DNA of 64,000 bases from Klebsormidium nitens (taxonomy: Eukaryota; Plantae; Klebsormidiophyceae): NCBI GenBank assembly GCA_000708835.1, contig DF236951.1, positions 456,666 through 520,665 of the forward strand, read 5' to 3'. Numbering within the stretch: the first letter of the stretch is position 1; each line of letters begins with the position of its first letter. Below are positions 24,454 to 36,400 of the stretch, in pieces. A program made the position numbers and the translations under genes. The notes under the pieces were generated by a model, which was not told the DNA's origin, did not search any database, and saw only the letters and a list, made by a program, of their open reading frames with translations.

Positions 24454-27400
24454 CTGCAATGTGCACCGTTGGATTGCGTTCAAAGAAAAGCAGGTTCAAA
24501 TAGTCCACATTTAAGTGACCGTTCCCACCAGGGGCGATGACAGTCCCTTGCTGGATCGGCACCGTTTTACTGAGGTCAGCTTACTGTGCATACTATCGAA
24601 ACCACTTCAAATTTCTCAGCGTCGCGTTTTACCGAGTGTTGTCACTGTCATGACGCCTCCGCTGCTAGCAGACAGTCGCCAGGAAACTTCGAAAGAGCAT
24701 CTGCGGAACTCCGACCATTCAGAACGCGAATTTCTGACATGGGCAAAGAAGTGACTGGGTGATAGGCTGGACGTGTACGGGTACCGCACCCCGCTGGATT
24801 TGAAGTTAGCACGTTAGTCCCGTAACCCAGAATTACTGAGTGGAGCCACACCTTAGAACAAGGCCAACCACTTACCGATGTTGCCGCTGTTCTCCTCAGT
24901 GCAGCAGAAACCGGTGGGGCAGTCACTGGCATACCGGCAGTTGCAATCACCGGTGTTTGCTGCGCAGTCTCCCAGCGGACAGCGCATGCTCTTGCCAGCG
25001 GGGCAGCTCGCGCCGTTGAAGTCGTAGTTACAGTCCTGACACACTTGTGTCCCGTTTGCCAGGACGGGCGTACTGGTGCAGACGCCTGCATCGACAAGTC
25101 TCTCATTTAGGCCGGTGTTGTATCAGACCGCTCCCCAAGGCTGAAAGCAACTCAAGCACGAAACCCGAACTCAAAATGCTCCGCACCGTGCCCACTATAG
25201 AACCCCAAATCAAACGACCCCAACCGTCCCCAAGGCACTGATCCCACTTAATACAGTCGAAAGTCAACGTAGAATTGATACTACGTTGCCTGCATTTAAG
25301 GGCGCAGAACCTATAATGGTGATCCGTACCAACTCAGCATTTAGCAATCATATCATTGCGGGATCTAAAATTCAAATAATGAGCTTTTATCCTACCTCCC
25401 TGAGGAGCTGTTGGGACGAAACATGCTAAATCGCCGAGAGAAAGCGATAGCAGTTTCCATTATATTGCGGGCCAGTCTCGATGGTCTTGAAGGGCCCTCC
25501 TAAGATTCTCGGTTTGTACACTGAGTAAACGATTTGAAAGTTGCTTATCCCAAAATGGGGCCCCAAAATATCAATTCCAAAACGCAGTTAAACATCGAAG
25601 GGAGCGCAAGAGCTGGAGGGCTGGCACCCTACCAAAGTCGCCGGTTCCCCGGGCCGTGCAACAATAGCCGGGGCGACAGTCTCCATTATACTGACACTTG
25701 CAAGCGCCATCACTCGTGGCGCAGTCCCCAAAACCGTAATCGCAGCACACCGGCTTGGATGCCGGGCAAGCGGCGCCGTTGAAGTCGTAGCAGGCCGGAC
25801 AGATTTGCGTCCCGTTGGTAAGGACGGGCGTGTTTGTGCAGACGCCTGCATCAGCGTCTGGGCTCATGAGCCTTTCGAGGTAAGCACACGCCAGTATCGG
25901 ATGCGTTCCAAAGTGCGCATTCGACCAAGACTCCGGTTTGATTCTGCAATGGGCCGCCGATCCGACTCGTCTACAAAAGATGTTTTCTTTGGCAATCAAA
26001 CATCTTGTATCGAGACAGCTTAATTCTACCCAGATTCCAATCTGGCAAAATCGACCGTCCCTGCTTGGAGGCTCGATCCCTTTCTCTTGAGGGGCTGATG
26101 CAAGACATAAGGGAAACTTCGAGAGAGTCGCTAGAGTCCCAGTCATTTGATTGCACGCCAGCCTCGTTGGTAGTGAAAGGCGCTTCTAAACCCTTTCAGC
26201 CTTTTCTTCAGCAAGCGTCCAGAAAGATCGAAGCCCAAGATTTCACAACTATGTTCAAACATCTGAGGTCCGGATGGATTGCCTACCGAATTTGTCGCTG
26301 TATTCCTCAGTGCAGCAGTAGCCGGAGGGGCAGTCAGCGGCCCAATAGCACTTGCACGCGCTCTTACTGGCGGCGCACTCCCCGTAACCGGGGCAGCACA
26401 CCGGCTTGGATGCGGGGCAAGCGGCGCCGTTGAAGTACTTGCAGGTTGGACAGACTTGCGTTCCATTCGTAAGGACGGGCGTGTTTGTGCAGACGCCTGC
26501 ATGCATCAGCAGCTAGGATCATGAATCTTTTAAGATAACCATCCAACAATGTTCGGAGCGTTTTGAACGCGCGCGTCGACTTAATTGATGTTTGTAACAT
26601 CCGGAATGGGCTCCGAAAATGACTCGTTCAAGAAAGAGACTGCTCCCGGGTAATCCAATATAGTCAGCCTGGTCAACTCAGTCAGTCCTTTGTCAGTCAG
26701 TTTGGCAAAAGCATCATCCGCCGTGCTCAAGGAGGCTTGGCTCTGTCCTTTGAGGGGCTGATGCTGGACAGAAGCTGGTTGAAGGAGAGTAGCGAAGAGG
26801 TTTCATGTGATTGCACAGTAATTCGTTTGGTCGTGAAGGGCGCTTCTGAAACCTCTCCGGCTTTGGAAATGATCAGCATGCAACCGAAAGTACACGAACC
26901 CACCGTTCCAATATGAAGCGCTAGAGGCCAACTAACCTTGCCTTGTTCAAAGGGCTAAACCCAAAAGAAAAGAAGCGCACAAGGATGGACTACCCACCAA
27001 AGTTGCCGCTATCTTCCTCCGTGCAGCAGTAGCCGGAGGGGCAATCACCAGCCGACTGGCACTTGCAAGCGCTCTTACTGGCAGCTTCCCCATAACCGGG
27101 ACAACAAACCGGTTTGGATGTGGGGCACGCGGCGCCGTGGAAGTCGTAGCACGTTGGACAAACTTGCGTCCCGTTGGTAAGGACGGGCGTGTTTGTACAG
27201 ACGCCTGCATCAGCGGTTGGGCTTCGAGGTAAGCAGACAAAACTGTTTGGTGCGATTCAAATGTGCGCGGGCAACCCGGGTTAAACCTCTGACGTTTGCC
27301 AAAGGGCCCCTGAAAACGACTCGTTCGAGTCAAGCGTTCTCCTAGGTGTTCCAACCTGGCTAACGAACCGTTTTGATCGCTCTATCAATCAAAGTTGGCA

Positions 27401-30400
27401 TAAGCATCCGGGTTGTTGTTTGTCTCCTAAGGCGCTGATTTGGACACATCTAAGTGCGCGCCAGCGTCGCCTGGTGTGAAGGGCGCTTACAAACTCAGTG
27501 CTACCAGGATACACGAAGTGGCTTTCAAGTACGAGGCCCTAGAGTCCCACAGCCTTGTTCGAGAAGCTAAGACCGGAATAAAAGAAGCGCAAGAGGATGG
27601 GTTGCCTACCAAAGTTGTCGCTATACTCCTCAGTGCAGCAGAACCCGGAGGGGCAGTCAGTGGGCGACTTGCACTTGCACGCGCTCGTACTGGCAGCGCA
27701 TTCCCCGAAACCGGAGCTGCAGCACACCGGCTTGGATGCGGGGCAAGCGGCGCCATTGAAGTCGCCGCAGGTTGGACAGACCTGCGTCCCATTGCTGAGG
27801 ACGGGCGTGTTTGTGCAGACGCCTGCATCAGCGGTTGGCTCATGAAGCTTCTGAAGTATCAGTGAAAGTGTTTGGTATGTTTGAATGTTCGCAGGCAACC
27901 TTATTGAGCTGACAAACGTCTGGCAGTGGGCTTTGAAAACGGCTCGTCCGAAAAGAACAATTCCTACCGTAGGTGTTTCAACCAGGTCAGCATCTAAATT
28001 GCGCGCCAGACGGTCAATCAAATGGCCGTGAAAGGGGCTTGTGAACTCCCACCACTTTTGAATCATCAGATAAGCTAAGACACAGAACTTGACACGGCTA
28101 TCCAATATGAGCCCCCCGGATCCCACAGCTTTCTTTGAAAGGCTGAAACGGAAGTAAGGAACGCCGGAGGTCACTTCTTTCTTCAAAGCCCCCGGAAGAA
28201 GTTGGCAAACTCCAAACATATTTCTTCACGAACAGACTCCTGGACCCCCACAATGACCCACAACGATGAAGATTGCTTTCATGCGAAGGATTCTTGTAAC
28301 CTTGATCTGATGAGAAGGTAAGTGTGCCAAATGAACTGCGGAATTTTGCAAGCGTGGTCTTTTCTGATCCACCCCAAATGTACTCTGAAATTAGTTTCCT
28401 TGAGTTTCGATTTCGGTGTCTAGTAATCTCTTGAACATTGTCCTGCCGTTCGTAGGTACCTGTTACAACACGCCGATCCTCGCAAACGGCACACAGATCT
28501 GCCCGGAATGGAGAAGAGAACGGGACCCGAGAATACGAGTTTCGCGCAATTGGGCCGCCGATGATCACAAGTTTTTGGTCTACAAGGTCATCAGCATGTT
28601 CGGCAGCATTTTCGGCAGGCCAGCCAGACTCAAAGCTCTTCGAAGCCAGAAACTTGAAGTACGTTTGGCATTTAACGGGGGTGTAATCTAACTCACCAGG
28701 CGTGTTATCGTACTCGTGGCTGCAGCAGTACTTTGACGGGCAGTCACCGGCGTAGGAACAGGGGCAGGAGGGTGCCGACTCGACGCACTGCCCCAATGCG
28801 CAGCACGCTGGTTTGTTGGCGGGGCAAGTCAGCACATCCCAATAGTTGCAGTCCGGACAGACCTGATTGCCACTGCTGTTGAAGGGGTTGTTTGTGCACT
28901 TCCCTGGAAGGACACGCTTCTCTTAGAACTGGCATGTCGGACCGAGCCCAAGACAATGCAAGTAAGGAGACTCGTATGAAAGCAGTGTCGATTGTTCGAA
29001 GACACCACCTCAAGGGGGAAAACGACAAGTCTGGAATCATACACGAAGCCCTTTGAGGCTTGGATCTGGGTGGACTGGTCTGTTGTTGGTGCGTTCATAA
29101 CGAAAATCTGATAGTGCGCACACAAGACGTTGTCGTAGCACCCATCCATAGCGTTTTCTTGAGATAGCAGCTTAGGATTGCAGGTCACTGTATGCTTGGA
29201 ACAAACGGCAACCATGTTTACTCGTAGAGTATACCAGGATTGGGTTCCATCCTTTCAAGTTTGATTGGCGGCACTGAGTTGCAAGTACGGATCCAAAGTG
29301 TACAAAAGGACAACCAGACACCCACTTGCAAACGCAGCTTGACCGTCGCGTCATCAAGTTGATGGCTCAACACAATCACAACCGACATTCAAATCTTACT
29401 TCTGATCGGACTCGCCGGACTTAATCCACATTACAACGACCCACCTGTTTTGCCGGAATACTCTTCCGTGCAACAAAAGCCGGAGGGGCATTCGTAAGAA
29501 AATCGGCAGGTGCACCCGGCGTTGTTTGCCGCGCACAGCCCGCTTGGACAGCACACCTTCTTGCTAGCCGGGCAGCTGAGCCCGTTGAACTGGTTGCAAT
29601 TTGGGCACTCCGTTGCTGAAGAAGCCCGTGCTCGAGCAGTATCCTGGACAAGAAAGTCGGATGTTAATTGCGCGCATGACAACCAGATACAAATTGTGAG
29701 GAACCCTGGAGTCCCAGTTCGCGCACAGAGGGAGTGCTAAGGGCTCTTATATCTTGCACGCATTATAGCAATTGAGCAGAGTAGGTTTTCATCTTCTAAG
29801 GAGGAAACTTCGAAAGTAGCGATTTCGTTGACCACGGGTATGTTACGTTTTTCCGATAAGAACCGAGGACAACGACGCACTTTAGAAACGTCGTGACGGT
29901 GCCTTTCTTCAGCTGAAGGAATAGTACGCTCCTCCTCAAGCAGAGCTGATTACGCATACAAACACAATCAGGATGATGGCCAAGGATACAAGTTCTTGCG
30001 GCAAAGGGGCGGCTTTGGCTTAGTACGGACAAACTGAGCGGACAAGGAGCGTAGAAAGGAGTCCGTCCATTCTAGTATAACGTGGCTACTCGACCTTGCT
30101 TGAAATGACACGAACAGACACCTCTACACCTTGATAGACATGTCAAGCCTAGGCCGAATTCCCTCCAATATATGCAGATGACTCCCGTAAGAGACGCTCA
30201 CCGAGTTTGCCACTATTTTGTTCGGTGCAGCAACCTTTGTTCACGCCGCAGTCCGAGGACGATCTGCACCTCTTCAAAGGAGGTGGAGGTGGGGCCTGGC
30301 GCGCGGGGGGGGGATTTGGGGTATGGAGAACCGCGGGTGGAGGATTCAGCTGGGGGGGTGGTGGGGAGTTTTTGATTGAAACTGGTGGGGGAGGCACGGG

Positions 30401-33400
30401 GCTCCGAGGTGGTGGGCGCCGAATAGAAGGGGGCGGGTTTGCTTTGACGGGTGGAGGTTGTGTGAGCACTGCTTTTGGCGGGGGGAGAACGCTGCGCGGG
30501 GGAGGGTTCAGCAGTGGGGGCGGGCTTTTGGTTTGGGGAGGCGGGTTTGCTTTGACGGGCGGAGGTTGTGTGAGCGCGGCTTTTGGCGGAGGAGGGGCGC
30601 CGCGGGGGGGAGGGTTGAGCGGCGGGGTGGGGTTTATAATCTTGCTTGGCGGGCTAGCTTGCGGTGGGGGAGGTTGAGAGAGCGCGATTTTGGGAGGAGG
30701 GGGACCGCTTAGAGGGGGAGGATTGCGAGGTGGGGGTGGGTTTTTAGACGGTGTTGGGGGAGAGGAAGAAGGCACGGGGCTCAAAGGGGGGGCCATTGTC
30801 GGACTGTTCGTGCACTTCCCTGCGTTCACACCATTGACATCTCAGTTGAAGCAAGACAAAGTACCAACCGTGAGGACTTATTTTTCCAAGGCGATGCTGA
30901 CTTTTGATTTAACACCGTTTCAAGTAATCGAATCACTTTGCATAGAGTCACGAGCACTCCGTTCCTTGAGTTGCATCTTACTGAGACTTTTCCTATCATA
31001 AGCCTTCCCTGATGGCAAAAACGAACAGCGGGAGAATCCAGCTTTGATGCAATCTGGAATGCGTTTTTAACGAGGATGGAAAATGTAATTAGGCGGTCAA
31101 CCGGGACGGTACGGGTATCCGCAACCGTTTGGCTTTCAAGTCGGCGAGTTCCAGTATTCCAGCAACTCCAGAAATTGCTCGCAGAAGCCACACCTGATGA
31201 CACGGCCATTCGCTTACCGATGTTGCCGCTGTTCTCCTCAGTGCAGAAAAAACTGGGCGGGCAGTCACTGGCATAGCGACAGTTGCAGCCGCTGGTGTTT
31301 GCCGCGCAGTCTCCCAACGGACAGCACATGCTCTTGCCAGCGGGGCAGCTCGTGTAGATGCAATCATGACACACTTGTGTCCCGTTTGCCAGGACGGGCG
31401 TGTTGGTGCAGACGCCTGCATAAAACAATCTCTCGATTAGGCCTGTTTTGAGATAGATTGGTCCCCCGGGCTGAAACAACTCAAGCACAAAACCGGGATT
31501 TGAGATGCCCCGCACCGTACCCACTATAGAACCCCAAGTCAATTAACCCCAACCGTCCCCGAGGCACTAATTCAATTCAATTCAGCCGAGAGCCCCTGAG
31601 CTCGTAGAATTGATACAACGTTGCCTGCATGAAAGGGCGCTAAACCTAATCTGGTTGATCCGCAATCAATCTTATCAGTAGGGGATCTGAACTTTTGAGT
31701 AACGAGCTTTCAATCCTTCCTCCCGGAGGCGCTGCTAGGACGAAACGAAACATGCGGAATAGCTAAAGAAAGCGGCTGCAGTCCCGTCGAATTGCGGGCC
31801 AGTCTCAATGGGCTTGAAAGGCCCTCCTAAGATGCTTCGTTTGTACAATCAGTCAGCGATTGGAAAGAGGCCTACTCACTCTGGAGCCCGAGAATCTTAG
31901 CTTTGAGCAACTGAAAATGAAAGGGAGCGCAAGAGAGTTGGCAGCCTACCAAAGTCGCCGTCCCCAAGGGCCGTGCAACAGTAGCCGGGGGACAGTCTCC
32001 GCCATACTGGCACTTGCAAGCGCTGTCACTTGTGGCGCAGTCCCCGAAACCGTACTTGCAGCACACCGCCTTGGATGAGGGGCAAGCAGCACCATTGAAA
32101 GTAGCAGAGTAGCAGGCCGGACAGACTTGCGTGCCGTTGGTAAGGACGGGCGTGTCTGTGCAGACGCCTGCACCAGTGGCTACGCTCGATCATGAATCTT
32201 GTGGATTGAGCACACGACATGCTCGATGCGTTTTGAACGTGCGCAACCATCCAGACTCGGCCAGCTCCATAAGTTAACTGCCACAACGGCGCAAGTAGCC
32301 GACTCGTCTACGAAGGTTTTCTTTTTCGCCTCATCTCGTATTGGGTTCGCCTATTACTATCAAGAATCCAATTTTGCAAAATTATCCTGCCCTGCTTGGA
32401 GGCTCGATTCTTCCCTCTTGAGGCGCGCCCTAATGCTGGACTGCTTTAACGAAAATTCAGGAAGAGATACTATCTAGAGTCTAAAGCATCTGATTGCGCG
32501 CCAGCCTAATTGCTAGTGATTAAGGGCGCCTTCACACCCTCTCAGCCTTCGCACTCCGCATGCGATCAGAAACATCAAAATTCATCTTACAGAAAGAAGA
32601 CTCCGAATCCCAGAACCATGTTCAAAATTTCAAAAGTTTGAATAAAAGGAGCGCAAGAGGATTTGTTGCCTACCAAAGTTGCCGCTTTGTTCTTCTGTGC
32701 AACAGGAGCCGGAGGGGCAGTCACTGGCCGAATAGCACTTGAATGCGCTCTTACTGGGCGCAGCACACTCCCCATAAGCGGAGCAGCACACCGGCTTGGA
32801 TGCGGGGCAAGCGGCACCGTTAAGGTCGGTGCAAAACGGACAGATTTGGGCTCCGGTGCCAGGGTCGACGGGCGATTGGGTGCATTTGCCTGTGAAAAGG
32901 AACACTCCGTTTCGCAAAACTCTTGACGGTTCCACTTTTAGCAAATGGCCTGCGCTGCAGGCGCCTGATGGCTTGCAATGAACCAGTTCATCTGAAACGG
33001 CCAGTATAAATGTCCAAACGTGCAATCCAACGTGGTAGGAGTACTGATCAGTACTGAATCCTATCGCAACATTCAGTATTCGATGGCGCGTCAAAACGGA
33101 CGGAACAACGCGAACTCCGTTTATTTTCCCCCTTAAGAACGAGGACGTGCTCAATGATCATCGGCCTAAGTGCGCTAACCGGACGGAGATCGAGATCCGG
33201 CGATCCTGTTGGGCAGGAGGCAAAAATGGCGCTAAACGTCTGAGATCTTAAGCATTCCTCTTATTTTTCCTTTCGTCAAGCTACTTCGCCGCAGACAGAT
33301 TCTTACATAAAATGCAGAGGATCATCGGCCTTCAGTTTGAAGGTCAACTCCATGGTCCAATTCAATCTTTCGAACATGCCCTGATTATGGAAGCTTCAAA

Positions 33401-36400
33401 CGGTATTCACATCTCAACATCTTCTAAACTCCAATAACCAGGTAAAAATGGTGTCACTATAAGATAGAACTCTGTTTACCATCATCCACACATTTGCAAC
33501 AGACTTTGTGAGCACGCCAAAAACTTACCAAGCTGGCCACTCCCCTCCTCGGTGCAGCAATACCCAGACGGACAGTCGAATGCGTACTTACACCCACAAT
33601 CTGTGGGGCTCTTGGCGCAGTCTCCCAACAACGGGCAGCACGTTGGCTTGGATGTCGGGCACTTGAGACCGTTTAGGTCCTTGCAGTCTGGGCAGATCTG
33701 TGTGCCGTTTGCGAGGATCGGCATGTTGTAACAGGAACCTACGAACGGCCAATAACAAAAATCAAACAAAAATCATTGCCCGGGTCTCGTTGGTTTTTGT
33801 TTCCTGTCTGCAGGGTCTTGAAGCATGTAGAAGGCAGTCTTACCAAGCATGCCCAAACAAAAAGCAGAGGAGAGCGAGCAGTCACTAGCCAAAAAGGTTC
33901 GGAACTTGCACTGAGGATGAACAAACGACAGATGGCGGCTCGAATCCAGACTCAAGTTTGTACATTTGAAGAGAACAGGTAAAGTACGCTCGAATAACGA
34001 GTCCCAAGTTTTGACCACAGATACCTCCTGCACGATTCTGGGTTGGCCAAGAAAAAATTGCTTAGTGGGATCCTTGAGCTCTTTCTGGCTATCTAGAAAC
34101 ATCTACCTATTGAGTAACAACTTCATCGTGCCAAAAAGGTTCGACAGTCCGCAAGACAAGCAACCAGGACAAGTGCAGCAGAGTCGGTCCTACAGATGCT
34201 ACGGATGATATAGACGAAGAAGAGAGAAGTGGACGCTTGAATCGTTAGTACCGTGAGTACTGCCATTTGGGTTTGAGTCACCTCCGAGTCACCAAATCTA
34301 CACAACACCTTGTCCGAGCTTAATCGCATCCTTTGCGGGGCGCCCCTATAGCAGGTCATCAAGACATCAAAGTTGTCCATAGCGAGAAATGTGAAGGACG
34401 TTTGGCAATCGAAGGGGGTGTACTTAAGCTCACCCAGCATGTTATCCGACTCGGAACTGCAGCAATAGTTTGAAGGGCAATCACCGGCGTAAGAACACGG
34501 GCAAGAGGGTGCCGACTCAACGCAGTGCCCCGTTGCGCAGCACGCTGGTTTGTTGGCGGGGCAACTTAGCACATCCCAATAGTTGCAGTTTGGACACACC
34601 TGCTTGCCGCTGCTGTCGAAGGGGGCGTTCGTGCACTTTCCTGCAAGGATGGTTTTGCGTTTTTAAAAAACCACGTTGAGATTATGGAAACGTATTCCAG
34701 AAAGGAAAGCCAAATGAGGATGTTGTTGATGGACGGATTAGACACCAATCCAAGGGGGTTGACAACAGTCAGGGACTCCTGAGTGACGACCTTCGAGGAA
34801 GCATAATGAATGGGAAAGCTTGAATTTGGGGTTCTAATATATCGGTGCGTCTCAAGCGGATTGCTGATAATGCTCAAGCGCAACTACGTTGTCGTAGCAC
34901 CCATCCGCAGAGTTTTCTTGAAGCCAACAGCTTTTGTATGCAAATCGTGTGAGCTTCCAAAGCATCGACAGGGATTCTCGGCAACCCATTCTACCCCGTG
35001 AAGTGCATCAAGATCGTGTCTCGTCCCTTGATCGGACTACAGGAAAGGTCCAAAGTGTATAAGGGACATTCAGACACCCAGCCCGACCATCACGTCATCA
35101 AGTCGATGGCTCTACCAGTCAGAAGCGGACCTTCATTCTCACTTCTGATCGAACTCGGACTCAACCCGACGATACAACGACCCACCTATTTTGCCGGAAT
35201 ACTCTTCCGTGCAGCACAAGCCGTATGGGCATTCGCCAGAATATTGACAGGTGCAGCCCGCGTTGTTTGCCGCGCAGAGCCCGCTTGGACAGCACACTTT
35301 CTTGCTGGCCGGGCAGCTGAGCCCGTTGAAGGCATTGCAGTTCGGGCACTCCTGGGTGCCGTTGCTGAAGAAGCCCGTGCTCGAGCAGTATCCTGTAGAA
35401 GGTAGAAGAAGAGTCGAATAGCAATAGCGCACAGGGTGATGAGATACAGCAGGGTAATCAGTTCCAGCTGATAAGCAGGCCTAGGGAGTTCCGATTCCCA
35501 CGCAAAGCTAGCGCTGAGCAAGAACTTGCAAAAGCATAACAAATGAAGGAGTTGCTTTTGAACCCTTTCAAGCAGACCTTGAAAATTCTGATGCGAGGAA
35601 GTTACATCGGATCTCGACGAGACGCAGGAAACACGGACGCCCTTTGAAAGTTTGTACCGAATGCCTGGTGGCGTGTCTGACATGTCTACATCAAATCAAA
35701 ACGTTCTGAATTTGAGGCTTGGAGAATAGCAAGCTTCACTCCAGGCACAGCTTTACTTTATTGCACATGCAAGTGGATTACTATATGGCTGAAGTGATAA
35801 CTCCTCATCGCCACAAAAGGGGCGACCGATATCGGCTGTCTAGAATGATGTAAACAATACAGTCGGATTGAGTTGACAAAGGTGGAAAGAAGATCGTCCG
35901 TCTCTGTACAACGTGGCTATTCGGCTTCGATTCACATGACAACTCGAAGGCAGATATACTTCTTGATACATATGTGCAACTTCAGAAATGGTCCTTTGGA
36001 GAATATCCAAATGACCCTTGAAAGACACGCTTACCGACTTTGTCGCTACCTTGTTCGGTGCAGCAACCTTTACCCACGGGGCAATCAGCGGTGGATCTAC
36101 ACCGCTTAACAGGGGGTGGAGGTGGGGCCGGGAGCGATAGGAGAGGAGATGGCATAGGGGGAACATTGGGTTGGGGATTTACGGGGGGCCGTATTGGGGA
36201 GGTTCCTGCTGAAGCTGGTGAGGGAGGAACGGGGCTCTGAGATGGTGGGCGCATGATCGGAGGAGGCGGGATTGCCTGAGGGGGCGGAGATTGTGCAAGC
36301 ACGGCTCTTGGAGGGGAAGGGGCGCTGCGGGGGGGAGGGTTAAGTAATGGGGGCGGGCTTTTGAACTGAGGTGGCGGGGAAGATGCAGCGACGGAACTTT

